A DNA stretch of 64,000 bases from Lysobacterales bacterium. Its GTDB lineage: Bacteria; Pseudomonadota; Gammaproteobacteria; Xanthomonadales; Wenzhouxiangellaceae. The notes below the pieces were generated by a model. It saw nothing but the letters and a program-made list of their open reading frames with translations. It did no database searches and was not told where the DNA came from. The stretch is from positions 89,949-153,948 of the forward strand of contig PBLG01000002.1 of assembly GCA_002722315.1 (NCBI GenBank), written 5' to 3'. Both the position numbers and the translations under genes were made by a program. Below are positions 49,658 to 59,661 of this stretch, in pieces (the first letter of the stretch is position 1; each line of letters opens with the position of its first letter).

Positions 49658-50781
49658 TTTCCGAGGATCTCGGCCAGCGCCTTCAGCAGCCGGCGGTTCT
49701 GCGCCGCGGTACCGACCGTGATCCGCAGGTAGTTGTCCAGGCCGTAATTGCCGACCGGACGCACGATCACCCCCAGCCGCAGCAACTCCTCGTTCAGGTC
49801 TGCGCCTGCACGGTCGAATCGGGCCAGGACGAAATTTGCCGCCGACGGAATGACCGCGGCCCCGAGTTCGGCCAGTCCCTCGCGAAGCTGCACCAACCCG
49901 GCGCTGTTCATTTCGCGCGAGCGGCGGATGAAGTCCTGGTCCGCCAGCGCGGCGCGCGCCGCCACCAGGGCCAGAGAGTTGACGTTGAACGCCGGACGAA
50001 CGCGGTTGAGCAGGTCGGCGATGCCGGGGTTGGAAAGCGCATAACCCACCCGCAGTCCGGCCAGCCCGTAGGCCTTGGAAAACGTCCGGGTCACGACCAG
50101 GTTGGGGAAGCGCTCCAGCCACTGCGAGGCGTCGCCCAGCTTGTCCGACTCGGCGTATTCGGTATAGGCCTCGTCGACCACGCAGATCACGTGTCCCGGC
50201 AGGGACGCCAGAAAATCCTGAACCCGCTTGCCGTCCAGCCAGGTGCCGGTCGGGTTGTTCGGGTTGGCGATCCAGACCATCCGGGTATCCGGCCCGATAC
50301 GCTCGTAAAGCGCCCTCAGATCGTGACCCAGCGGCATCGCCGGATGATCCTCGGGCAGGGCCGGCGCCACGACCGCTTCGGCGCCGACCATCTGCGTGGC
50401 GATCGGGTAGACGGCGAAGCAATACTGGGAAAACAGCGATTGCAGGCCCGGCTGCAGGAATACCTGGGCCAGGAACACCAGCACGTCGTTGGACCCGTTG
50501 CCCAGCGTGATGCAGTCGGTGGAAACGCCATGGCGCTCGGCCAGCGCCGACTTCAGGTGAAAACCGTTGGCGTCGGGGTACAGCCAGACATCTTCGAGCG
50601 CGGCGCGCACTGCGGCAAGCGCATCCGGACTGGCGCCCAGCGGATTCTCGTTCGATGCCAGCTTGATCGAGTCTCTGACGCCGTATTCGCGCTCGAGTTC
50701 GTCGATCGGCTTGCCCGGCGTATAAGGCTTGAGTTCGCGCACGCCGGGTACGGCGAGTCCAGTGTAATCGAGCAATTCCAT
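49654..50781 (-). CDS. hisC: Histidinol-phosphate/aromatic aminotransferase
   Basis: KLASNENP, GNGSND, ANPNNPTG, DEAY, RTFSKAYGLAGLRVGY. Confidence 0.93.
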   Translation of the reverse strand: MELLDYTGLAVPGVRELKPYTPGKPIDELEREYGVRDSIKLASNENPLGASPDALAAVRAALEDVWLYPDANGFHLKSALAERHGVSTDCITLGNGSNDVLVFLAQVFLQPGLQSLFSQYCFAVYPIATQMVGAEAVVAPALPEDHPAMPLGHDLRALYERIGPDTRMVWIANPNNPTGTWLDGKRVQDFLASLPGHVICVVDEAYTEYAESDKLGDASQWLERFPNLVVTRTFSKAYGLAGLRVGYALSNPGIADLLNRVRPAFNVNSLALVAARAALADQDFIRRSREMNSAGLVQLREGLAELGAAVIPSAANFVLARFDRAGADLNEELLRLGVIVRPVGNYGLDNYLRITVGTAAQNRRLLKALAEILGK

Positions 50782-51782
50782 TATTCGTTTTCCGCTTTGG
50801 GCTCTCGTTCCATCAGCACCTTGACGCCCTTGGCCGCGCTCCAGCCGCGGTAGAGAATGCCGTGCACCTGCTCGGATATCGGCATTTCGACGCCGGCGCG
50901 GTCGGCCGCTCGCATCACTTCTTCTGCTGCGTGATAACCCTCGACCACCTGGCCGATGGTCTTCATGGCCTCGTCGGGCGTTTCACCGCGACCCAGCGCC
51001 AGGCCGAACTGACGGTTGCGAGAGGCGTCGCCGGTGCATGTCAGCACCAGGTCGCCGAGGCCGGCCAGCCCCATCAGCGTGCGACCCTCGGCGCCCATCG
51101 CCTCTCCCAGCCGCATCAACTCGGCAAGGCCGCGGGTAATCAGGGCGGCGCGGGTGTTGTTGCCCAGGCCCAGCCCGTCGGCCATCCCGCAGGCGATCGC
51201 CAGCACGTTCTTGACCGCTCCGCCGAGCTGGGCGCCGACCAGGTCGGCGGTGTAGTAGGCGCGGAAACTGCTGCCGTGCAGAAGTGCCGCCCAGGCGCGG
51301 CCGAAATCCGGGTCGGAAGCCCCCACCGTCACCGCGGTCGGCAGCCCCAGCGCGACTTCGCCGGCAAACGAAGGACCAGTCACCGCGGCAAGCGGCATCG
51401 AGCTCCCTAGCCGCTCGCGGGCGCACTCCGACAACAGACGACCGGTGCCGGGCTCGAATCCCTTGGTGGCCCAGGCCAGCCCACGCCCGGCGTCCAGCCG
51501 GTCGCCGATTTCGTCCAGCACGTCGACAAAAGCCGAGCTGGGCACCGCCAGGAGGATTCGATCAGCGCCTTGCAGCGCAAGCGCGAGCTCCGAGGTCGGT
51601 TCGATGGCATCGCCCAGCGGGCGACCGGGCAGATAGCGTGCATTTTCCCCGGACGCCTTCATCGCCTCGACGTGCGAGGCATCGCGCGCCCAAAGCGCCA
51701 CGGAATGCCCGACCCGCGCCAGCTGCATGGCGAGCGCGGTTCCCCAGGAACCCGCGCCCAGAACGGCTATGCGGCTGCTCAT
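50781..51782 (-). CDS. gpsA: Glycerol-3-phosphate dehydrogenase (NAD(P)+)
   Basis: GAGSWGTALA, GPSFA, GAVKNV, GLGDLVLTC, SRN. Confidence 0.97.
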   Translation of the reverse strand: MSSRIAVLGAGSWGTALAMQLARVGHSVALWARDASHVEAMKASGENARYLPGRPLGDAIEPTSELALALQGADRILLAVPSSAFVDVLDEIGDRLDAGRGLAWATKGFEPGTGRLLSECARERLGSSMPLAAVTGPSFAGEVALGLPTAVTVGASDPDFGRAWAALLHGSSFRAYYTADLVGAQLGGAVKNVLAIACGMADGLGLGNNTRAALITRGLAELMRLGEAMGAEGRTLMGLAGLGDLVLTCTGDASRNRQFGLALGRGETPDEAMKTIGQVVEGYHAAEEVMRAADRAGVEMPISEQVHGILYRGWSAAKGVKVLMEREPKAENE

Positions 51783-51797
51783 TGCCTCCGGCTCGGC

Positions 51798-52313
51798 TTA
51801 TTGCGCGGTCGGTTCGCCCGCGGCACCGTCCGGCGCAGCGCCGGCCTGCTGCTGCTGTTCAGCGACGCGCTGGGCGAAGATGGCTTCGAAGTTGATCGGC
51901 TGCAGCGGCGGGGTGAAGAAGCCGCCGGCCGCGATCAGATTGGCAATCTGCGACCGCGCGTACGGGTAAAGCACGTTCGGGCAGTGCACGTTGATCACGT
52001 AGGGCAGCTGCTGCTCGCTGAAGCCCTGCAGCAGGAAAATGCCGCCGTAGTGGACTTCTGCGATGAATGCCGTGGTCTCGCCCTGCTTGGCCGTAACGGT
52101 AACGGTCAGCACGACTTCGTAGCGACCCTCGCCGTGCTGGTTGACCCGCTGGGAGAGGTTCATGTTCATGTCCGGCTGGCCTTCGGACTGGTCCAGCCCG
52201 AGTGCACCCGGCGCTTCGAATGAACAGTCCTTCAGAAATACGTGCTGAAGGGTCATCGAGGGTTGCTGGGTGTCCTGTCCGTTTGCTGCTGCATCAAGCT
52301 GTTCTTCAGCCAT
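51798..52313 (-). CDS. secB: Protein-export chaperone SecB
   Basis: FLKDCSFEAP, CPNVLYPYAR, LQPINFEA. Confidence 0.96.
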   Translation of the reverse strand: MAEEQLDAAANGQDTQQPSMTLQHVFLKDCSFEAPGALGLDQSEGQPDMNMNLSQRVNQHGEGRYEVVLTVTVTAKQGETTAFIAEVHYGGIFLLQGFSEQQLPYVINVHCPNVLYPYARSQIANLIAAGGFFTPPLQPINFEAIFAQRVAEQQQQAGAAPDGAAGEPTAQ

Positions 52314-52434
52314 GTCTATACCTGCTTTCGTGTTCAGTGGTTGATGAATATGGCGACGCCCGGGGTGCTTTTCACCCTCACGCCGCCGCATGTGGAGCCT
52401 TTGGTGGAGCCATTGCAGGCAGGCCCGGCAGCCA

Positions 52435-53019
52435 TCATTCCTGCCGCGCTTCGCCCTCGCCCCTGGCGCTGCCCTCGACCGGCTGCGATTCGGACGAGGC
52501 ATCGGTTTCGGATTTCCTGCCCTGCTTGCCGCGCTTGCCGCCGGAGCCCTTGCCGCCTGATCCCTTGCCACCCGAACCCTTGGGCTTGCCCTGCTTGCCG
52601 CGGGCGACAGGCTGCTGATCGCTGATCCACTGCGCCAACCCGCCTCTGAGCAGGTTGACGTCCTCGAACCCGAGCTTGGTCAGGCGAGTGGCCATCTGCG
52701 GCGAAACCTGGCCGTTCTTGCAATACACGAGCACCGGACGATCCGACTTTTTCAGCAACTGGCTGTTTCCGGACTCTATACGCGAAGGCGGCATGTGCTC
52801 GGCGTTGAGAATATGCCCGTTGGCATAGTCGGTACTGTTGGAAACATCGAGAATCAGCGGGTCTCGCCGATTGATCAGCAGGATGGCCTGCGTCGTATCC
52901 AGCTCTTTCCAGCGCCGCGTCATGCGCGCGAACTCGGTCGCGATCAGGGCGGCCAGCACCACGGCGAACGCCCCGACCAGTATCGGGTGGTTGGCGATGA
53001 ACGTGAGCAACTGTTCCAT
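52435..53019 (-). CDS. Rhodanese-like protein (YibN-like) with a Gly/Lys-rich tail
   Basis: MEQLLTFIANHP plus TM helix, GHILNA, VYCKNG, LRGGLAQW; adjacent to secB and divergent from gpmI. Confidence 0.9.
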   Translation of the reverse strand: MEQLLTFIANHPILVGAFAVVLAALIATEFARMTRRWKELDTTQAILLINRRDPLILDVSNSTDYANGHILNAEHMPPSRIESGNSQLLKKSDRPVLVYCKNGQVSPQMATRLTKLGFEDVNLLRGGLAQWISDQQPVARGKQGKPKGSGGKGSGGKGSGGKRGKQGRKSETDASSESQPVEGSARGEGEARQE

Positions 53020-53236
53020 GGTGCGTATTCGATCCGGATTGCGGCAAAACGCGCATTATCCCGCATTCTGACTCGCCCTGCTACACCGTCGCGGCCTTGC
53101 CCGACCAATCCGGAGTGGCGTATCCCGCCTCATTCACCACCCTTGCTGCCGCGGCGCCGCCAGCCCCTTGCAACGGAAGGGCGGTGAAAAAGGCCGGGTA
53201 TGGGATAATGGCGATTCGCTTCGAACGGAATAGCCG

Positions 53237-54814
53237 ATGGAACGCCGAACTCCGCTTTTGCTGCTCATCCTGGACGGCTGGGGCGTGCGCGAAGCCGCGC
53301 CGGACAACGCCATTGCCGCCGGCAACACACCGAACTGGGACCGACTGTGGCGAGAATGCCCGCACAGCCTGCTTCAGACCTCGGGTGAAGCGGTCGGCCT
53401 GCCGGCCGGCCAGATGGGCAATTCCGAGGTCGGCCACATGAACATCGGCGCCGGCAGGATCGTCTACCAGGAGCTGACCAGGATCACCCGGGCGATAGAG
53501 GAAGGCGAATTCGACGCCAACCCTGCGCTCACCGATGCCATCGACGGGGCCGGCGACGGGACGGTTCACGTCATGGGGCTGCTCTCCGACGGCGGCGTGC
53601 ACAGCCACGAGGACCACTTTCTCGCAACAATTGCGCTGGCGGCGCGCCGACACGAAGGCAGCGTTGCCGTGCACGTCTTCCTCGACGGGCGCGATACGCC
53701 ACCCCGGAGTGCGCGCGACTCCCTGGCGCGGCTTCAGCGGCGGGTCGACGAACTGGACGGCGTGCGCGTCGCCTCGGTCAGCGGACGCTACTGGGCCATG
53801 GACCGCGACCAGCGATGGGACCGGATCGAACGCGCCTGGAACGCTATCGTCCACGCCCGTGCCGAGTTCGCAGCGGATGATGCGATTGCAGCGCTGGACG
53901 CCGCCTACGCCCGTGGCGAAAACGACGAATTCGTCCAGCCCACGGTGATCGCCGACGGCAAGAAGATGGAAGACGGCGACAGCGCCATCTTCATCAACTT
54001 TCGCGCCGACCGGGCACGCCAGCTCAGCCGCGCCCTCGTCGATCCCGAATTCGACCATTTCGAGCGCCAGCGCCCGAAGCTCGCGGCTTTCGCGACGATG
54101 ACCCAATACGAGTCCGATCTCGACGCCCGGGTGGCTTTTCCGCCGACCCGAATGGAACACCTGTTCGGCGAAGTGCTCGCCGACGCCGGCCTGGCCCAGC
54201 TCCGCATCGCCGAAACCGAGAAGTACGCGCACGTCACCTATTTCTTCAACGGTGGTCGCGAGCAGGTCTTCGAAGGCGAGGACCGCAAGCTCATCCCCTC
54301 GCCGGACGTCGCCACATACGACCTGCAGCCCGAGATGAGCGCGCCCGCCCTGACCCGCGAACTCGTCGCGGCGATCGGCGCCGGCAAGTGGCCCGTCATC
54401 GTTTGCAACGTCGCCAACCCCGATATGGTGGGCCACTCCGGCATCTTCGACGCCGCGGTCGAGGCGGTCGAGGCGGTCGACCGGCTGCTGGGAGAAGTCC
54501 GGAAAGCGGTAGCCGAGGCCGGCGGCGAAATGCTGGTCACAGCCGATCACGGCAACGTCGAACAGATGTCGGACCCGGAAACCGGTCAGCCGCACACAGC
54601 GCACACGACCAATCCCGTCCCGCTGGTGTTCGTCGGCCGTTCGGCGCGAATGGAAGACGAAGGCAGTCTGCGCGACATCGCCCCGACCATGCTCGACCTG
54701 CTGGGAATCGAGATTCCCGGCGAGATGACCGGGCGGCCTCTGGTTCACCTCGAATCCCGGGATGGGTCGAACCGTCGTCGGAGCGGTGCCGCGACCGAAA
54801 ATGCGGTCGGCTGA
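53237..54814 (+). CDS. gpmI: 2,3-bisphosphoglycerate-independent phosphoglycerate mutase
   Basis: ILDGWG, QMGNSEVGH, SDGGVHSH, GRYWAMDRD, ETEKYAHVT, TADHGN. Confidence 0.98.
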   Translation: MERRTPLLLLILDGWGVREAAPDNAIAAGNTPNWDRLWRECPHSLLQTSGEAVGLPAGQMGNSEVGHMNIGAGRIVYQELTRITRAIEEGEFDANPALTDAIDGAGDGTVHVMGLLSDGGVHSHEDHFLATIALAARRHEGSVAVHVFLDGRDTPPRSARDSLARLQRRVDELDGVRVASVSGRYWAMDRDQRWDRIERAWNAIVHARAEFAADDAIAALDAAYARGENDEFVQPTVIADGKKMEDGDSAIFINFRADRARQLSRALVDPEFDHFERQRPKLAAFATMTQYESDLDARVAFPPTRMEHLFGEVLADAGLAQLRIAETEKYAHVTYFFNGGREQVFEGEDRKLIPSPDVATYDLQPEMSAPALTRELVAAIGAGKWPVIVCNVANPDMVGHSGIFDAAVEAVEAVDRLLGEVRKAVAEAGGEMLVTADHGNVEQMSDPETGQPHTAHTTNPVPLVFVGRSARMEDEGSLRDIAPTMLDLLGIEIPGEMTGRPLVHLESRDGSNRRRSGAATENAVG

Positions 54815-56012
54815 CGACCTGGACGGTTCCGGCCGACATCGCCTTCGGCACCGGAGTGCTGCCCCGGGCGCCTTTTCGGCTGCTGTTCTCCTGTTCGGGA
54901 TCCTGCTGCTCGTCGCTTCCGAGCCTTATGCCCAGACCCCGACTTCCGAGGACGTACAGGCCGAACTCGACGCGCTCAAGCAGAACATCGAAAGCATCAG
55001 TCTGCGGCTGGAATCCGAGCGCGCCCGGCGCAAGAGCGAACAGGCCGCACTGGCCAGGACCGAGCAGGAACTGGCAACTATCGCGCTGGAACTGCGCAGC
55101 ACCCGGGCCGAGCTCCAACAGGCCCGCGCGCGCGAGCGCGAGCTGCAGGACCGGGCGGAAGAACTCGAAACGGCCGTCGAGGCTCGACGCCAGGCGCTTG
55201 CCGAGCAGCTGCAGATCGCCTACCGGGTCGGCCGCCGATCACGGCTCAAGGCGCTACTGAACCAGCAAGACCCGGCCGAGATCAGCCGCGTGCTCGCCCT
55301 GCACGGCTATCTCGGACGGGCCCGACTCGACGCGATCGCGGCGCTGGGCGAAGAGCTGCAGCGGCTCGAGGCGGTTCGGGCCGAACAGCAGCAGGTGGCC
55401 TCGAGGCTCCAGTCGCTTGCCCAGCGGCAAGCCGCCGCCAAGGCCGGCCAGGACGAGGCGCTGGCAAGAAGACAGGCGGCGCTGGAGGCGCTGGATGACA
55501 GTATCCGCGACCAGGCCGAGCGCCTGGCCGAGATGCAGGAGGCGGCCGCGGAGCTGGAAACGCTGCTGGGCGAACTGGCCAGTGCGCTGGCCGACATTCC
55601 TCCGGAAACCGCGATCGCGCCGTTCGCCGAGCTTCGCGGACGCCTGCCCATGCCGGTGAAAGCCCCGGTGCGCGCGGCCTTTTCCGACATTCGCAGCGGC
55701 AACGTGACCTGGCAGGGCTGGCTGATCGAAACCGAGGTCGGCGCGCCGGTGCAGGCCGTCGCCTATGGGCGCGTTGCCTATGCCGACTGGCTACGCGGCT
55801 ACGGCATGATGCTGATCGTCGACCACGGCGACGGCTTCATGACGCTTTATGGCCAGAATCAGAGCCTGATCGCCGAGGTCGGAGACTGGGTCGCCCCGGG
55901 CGACGTCGTCGCGCTGGCCGGCAACACCGGGGGCAACAGCGCTCCCGGCCTGTACTTCCAGATCCGGCACGAGGGTCAGCCGGTCGACCCGGCCGGCTGG
56001 GTCGACCGCTGA
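54801..56012 (+). CDS. envC: Murein hydrolase activator EnvC
   Basis: Signal/TM segment, long coiled coil, degenerate M23 domain (WLRGYG...LYGQN...LYFQIR); exact start uncertain. Confidence 0.9.
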   Translation: MRSADDLDGSGRHRLRHRSAAPGAFSAAVLLFGILLLVASEPYAQTPTSEDVQAELDALKQNIESISLRLESERARRKSEQAALARTEQELATIALELRSTRAELQQARARERELQDRAEELETAVEARRQALAEQLQIAYRVGRRSRLKALLNQQDPAEISRVLALHGYLGRARLDAIAALGEELQRLEAVRAEQQQVASRLQSLAQRQAAAKAGQDEALARRQAALEALDDSIRDQAERLAEMQEAAAELETLLGELASALADIPPETAIAPFAELRGRLPMPVKAPVRAAFSDIRSGNVTWQGWLIETEVGAPVQAVAYGRVAYADWLRGYGMMLIVDHGDGFMTLYGQNQSLIAEVGDWVAPGDVVALAGNTGGNSAPGLYFQIRHEGQPVDPAGWVDR

Positions 56013-56081
56013 GCCGGCGGTCAGCCGCGCCGCCGTTGCCGATCTCTCGGACCCGAAGCCGGCCCGCCGCGCCTGTTCGAC

Positions 56082-57656
56082 TTATGGGTATACGTAACTC
56101 GACTGAAGGCCCAGCGGCAGACCGATCATCCAGTACAGCAGCAGGAAGATGGTCCATCCCACCGCCAGCGCAACCGCATAAGGCAGCATCATCGAGATCA
56201 GTGTCCCGATTCCCGCACCCTTGAAGTAACGCTTGCAGAACACCACGATCAGCGGGAAATACGGCAGCAGCGGCGTAACGATATTCGAACTGGAATCGCC
56301 GACGCGGTAGGCTGCCTGGGTCAATCCCGGCCCGATGCCCAGTTCCATCAGCATGGGCACGAAGATCGGCGCGATGATCAGCCACTTGGCCGACGCCGAG
56401 CCGACGAACAGGTTGACGAAGGCAGTCAGGCCGATGATGCCGACGATGGTGAGCTGCGGCGGCATGTCGAATTGCGACAGCCAGGCCGCCCCGTTGACCG
56501 CGATCAGGATGCCCAGGTTGGAGCTGGAGAAAGCGGCGATGAACTGCGCGGCGAAGAACGCCATGACGATGTAGTAGCCCATGGACTCCATCGACTTGCT
56601 CATGCCGGTGATCAGGTCCCGGTGGCCTTCGATGGTGCCGGCCGCGTAGCCGTAGACCGCGCCGGGAATCAGGAACAGGATGAAGATCAACGGCACGATG
56701 GACCGCATCAGCGGGGCGCCGAACGAGGTGATGCTTTCATGGAAAGCCAGCGCAGGGTTCGGATCGCGCAGCGGCGAGTCCGGCAACAGGACCCCTATCG
56801 CGAGCAGCGCGATGGCCAGCAAGATGCTTCCCAGCGCCCAGTTCAGGCCGCGGCGCTCGTTGTCGGCCAGCGGCTCGAGTTTGGGCATGTCCGACATGTC
56901 GCCGTCGACCGGCGTTTCGCGCGCCAGCCTGGGCTCGACCACCTTGTCGGTCAGCCACCAGCCGATACCGATGACCAGCAGGCTGGAAGCGCCCATGAAG
57001 AACCAGTTGACCAGCGGGTTGATCGCCACCGAAGGATCGAGCACGCGCGCGGCCTCTTCGGTAATACCGGCCAGCATCGGGTCGATCGCCGACGGGATGA
57101 AGTTGGCCGAGAAGCCACCGGAGACACCGGCGAACGCGGCGGCAATCCCGGCCAGCGGATGGCGACCGGCGGCGTAGAAGATCACCGCGCCCAGCGGAAT
57201 GACGACCACGTACCCCGCGTCGGCCGCGGTGTGCGAAACGATCGCCACGAGGATGAGCATAGGCGTTAGCAGCCGCGGCGAGGTGACCCCGAGCATCTTG
57301 CGCAGCGCGGCATTGATGAAGCCGGTGTGCTCGGCCACGCCCACGCCCAGCATCGCCACCAGCACGATGCCCAGCGGGGCGAAGCTGGTGAACACGGTCA
57401 CCATCTGGCTGAGGAAACGCGCAAGCTCGCTGCCGGCCAGCTGGTTGACCACCTGGATCGGCTCGCCGGTCTGGGGATGCAACGCGCTGAACTGGATCGG
57501 TGCCAGCACCGCCGAAAGCGCCCAGACCACCAGCATCAGCAGGAAGAAAAGCACCGCCGGGTCGGGCAGACGGTTGCCCACCCGCTCGATGACGTCCAGG
57601 CCGCGGTAAAGCCAGCGTCGGCCGGCGGTCGGTTCGGGTATGGGTTGTTCGCTCAA
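56082..57656 (-). CDS. abgT: AbgT family transporter
   Basis: ERVGNRLPDP, FAPLG, GRHPLAG, GSASAKW, AYRVGDS; TTG start with GGAG RBS. Confidence 0.92.
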   Translation of the reverse strand: MSEQPIPEPTAGRRWLYRGLDVIERVGNRLPDPAVLFFLLMLVVWALSAVLAPIQFSALHPQTGEPIQVVNQLAGSELARFLSQMVTVFTSFAPLGIVLVAMLGVGVAEHTGFINAALRKMLGVTSPRLLTPMLILVAIVSHTAADAGYVVVIPLGAVIFYAAGRHPLAGIAAAFAGVSGGFSANFIPSAIDPMLAGITEEAARVLDPSVAINPLVNWFFMGASSLLVIGIGWWLTDKVVEPRLARETPVDGDMSDMPKLEPLADNERRGLNWALGSILLAIALLAIGVLLPDSPLRDPNPALAFHESITSFGAPLMRSIVPLIFILFLIPGAVYGYAAGTIEGHRDLITGMSKSMESMGYYIVMAFFAAQFIAAFSSSNLGILIAVNGAAWLSQFDMPPQLTIVGIIGLTAFVNLFVGSASAKWLIIAPIFVPMLMELGIGPGLTQAAYRVGDSSSNIVTPLLPYFPLIVVFCKRYFKGAGIGTLISMMLPYAVALAVGWTIFLLLYWMIGLPLGLQSSYVYP

Positions 57657-57702
57657 GATTGAATCTCCCTGGTTATTCTGTTTCTTGTCGATTTTCGCGC
57701 CG

Positions 57703-58062
57703 TCAGGACTTGCGGCCCGGCCCGTCCAGCGGCAGCTGCGTGACCTTCTCGCCGGTGCCGCGATCACGAATCACGCATTTGCCGCGCTTCTTGACCTGTT
57801 CTATCCGGATCACCGACTGCAGCGGAAGCAGCAGCTTCTCGGTATCGGCGAATTCCGCGCGCAGCCGTTCCTCGGTCGGGTCGACGACCACCTTCGAATC
57901 GGTATCGAAAATCAGCCCCGCCGCTTCGACGAAGCCGTACAGGTGACTCGAATCCACGCGCTCGGCAAAAAGCTCGTAGACCTTGCCCTGGTTGAAAAAG
58001 ATCACCTTGTACAAGCGATGCCTCGACAGGCTCGAATTCAGCGCCTCATTATGCACTGACAC
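57703..58062 (-). CDS. DUF1820 family protein
   Basis: LYKVIFFNQGKVYELFA, VVVDPTEERLRAEF, IRIEQVKKRG; start uncertain. Confidence 0.85.
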   Translation of the reverse strand: MSVHNEALNSSLSRHRLYKVIFFNQGKVYELFAERVDSSHLYGFVEAAGLIFDTDSKVVVDPTEERLRAEFADTEKLLLPLQSVIRIEQVKKRGKCVIRDRGTGEKVTQLPLDGPGRKS

Positions 58063-58080
58063 GATCAGGGTTTTTAACTA

Positions 58081-58785
58081 TCAGTCGCCGCTGCCGGCGT
58101 AGGCGACGCTGCCCGAGAAAAGGCGAATCGCCAACGCAACCAGCACGCCGGCCACGAACCCGGCCACGTGGGTTCGCCAGGCCACCGCGTCGGACATGGG
58201 GCCGAACACGGTGTAGAGCACCTGCAGCGTGAACCAGGACCCGATGACCAGCAGCGCGGGAATGCGCGCGAACTGCAGGAACAGGCCCAGCGGCAGCCAC
58301 AGCCCGATCCGGCGCGCCGGAAAAAGCCCGAGGTAGACACCGATGATGGCCGAAACGCCACCGCTTGCGCCAATGATGGTGCGGTCGAGCTCGGGAATGT
58401 GCAGCGCCACGAACAGGTTGGCCAGCGCGCCCAACAGCAGGAACAGGCCAATGAACCTCAGGTGCCCCAGCGCGCGCTCGACCGGAATGCCGAACACCCA
58501 CAGATAGGCAATGTTGCCCGCCAGGTGCAGCCAGGTGGAATGGGCGAAAAGCGCGCCGACCAGCCCGGCCAGCCCGACGCTGTCGCGCAGGCTCGGATCG
58601 CCCGACAGCAACTCGGAAATTCGCGATGGCTTGAAACCCCAGAATTCGATCCAGCCGCCACCCATCGCTTCGGGCACCAGAAGCGTGCTGGTCATGACGG
58701 CAAGCGCCAGCGCGCTGATCACGATAACCATCCATGGATTGGCCGCGCCGGACCTGGCAGGCCCGGTTCGAACCACCCAGTTCAC
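58081..58785 (-). CDS. Rhomboid family intramembrane serine protease
   Basis: HxxWxHLAGN, GASGG catalytic Ser, AWRTHVAG catalytic His. Confidence 0.92.
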   Translation of the reverse strand: MNWVVRTGPARSGAANPWMVIVISALALAVMTSTLLVPEAMGGGWIEFWGFKPSRISELLSGDPSLRDSVGLAGLVGALFAHSTWLHLAGNIAYLWVFGIPVERALGHLRFIGLFLLLGALANLFVALHIPELDRTIIGASGGVSAIIGVYLGLFPARRIGLWLPLGLFLQFARIPALLVIGSWFTLQVLYTVFGPMSDAVAWRTHVAGFVAGVLVALAIRLFSGSVAYAGSGD

Positions 58786-59660
58786 TCGATCAGCACCCGG
58801 TAGCTGCCGAACTCGACCACCGCGCCACGCTGTCTGATCTCGGCCAGCGTGGTCCCCGGTCCGACGCGCTGGCCTTCCCGGTAGCGTTCGCCGTTGATCA
58901 GCACGAATCGGTCGGCGGCGCGTTCAGCGTAAAAATGAACGGTCAGCCTGAGCTCGGGAAACTCGGCCCGCTGCGCCTGGGGCAGTTCCCATGGGCGAAT
59001 GAAATTGTCCGCCGGGCCCGCGGGCGGAGCCGCCGGCTCCGGGGGCTTCTGCGCGTCGACCTGCGGCTGCTGTTGCTGCTGGCGAGCCTGCACCATCCGT
59101 CGCATCTCCTCCATCGAAGGCCCGGGGTTCGACTCCGAGGCCTCGGCCGCCGCATCGCCGGTGTTCGACTCGACGGAATCGGAAGCGCCGGCCGCATCGC
59201 CGGAACGCTGGGCGGAATCGTCCCCGGCTCGCGCCGGATCCTGCCCTGCCCCGTCGCCCGGCATCGTGTCGACGGCGGCGACGCGCCGCGGGCTGGAGGC
59301 GCCGGCCACCGGCGCAGGTGCAGACTGCAGCGCGGGAACCGCGGCGCCGGCTTCATCCCCGGCACTCGGCGCGGCGACCGTTTCCGAACCCCCGTCCGGC
59401 GGCGCGGCCGTGTCAGCCTCGGCCAGCGCAGCGGAATCGCCGGTATCACCCCGGCGTTGCTCCATCCAGCCCGACACCTTCGGCCACAGCCACGGCGCGG
59501 CGGCGGCCAGCAACACTACGACCAGCAAGAGCGGCATCCACCGCAAACCGGGCCGACGCCGGCTTCCGGACGGCGGCGTTCTGGTGAGGTCGATCGTCGG
59601 CGACGTTCCGCGCCGACGCTGGGCTTCAGATTTTTTCAGTGCATCGAGCAAAAGCGACAT
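58782..59660 (-). CDS. gspB: General secretion pathway protein B (ExeB/GspB)
   Basis: MSLLLDALKKSEAQR, TM helix, low-complexity linker, T2SSB domain (VHFYAE..RFVLING..REG). Confidence 0.9.
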   Translation of the reverse strand: MSLLLDALKKSEAQRRRGTSPTIDLTRTPPSGSRRRPGLRWMPLLLVVVLLAAAAPWLWPKVSGWMEQRRGDTGDSAALAEADTAAPPDGGSETVAAPSAGDEAGAAVPALQSAPAPVAGASSPRRVAAVDTMPGDGAGQDPARAGDDSAQRSGDAAGASDSVESNTGDAAAEASESNPGPSMEEMRRMVQARQQQQQPQVDAQKPPEPAAPPAGPADNFIRPWELPQAQRAEFPELRLTVHFYAERAADRFVLINGERYREGQRVGPGTTLAEIRQRGAVVEFGSYRVLIE

Positions 59661-59661
59661 T

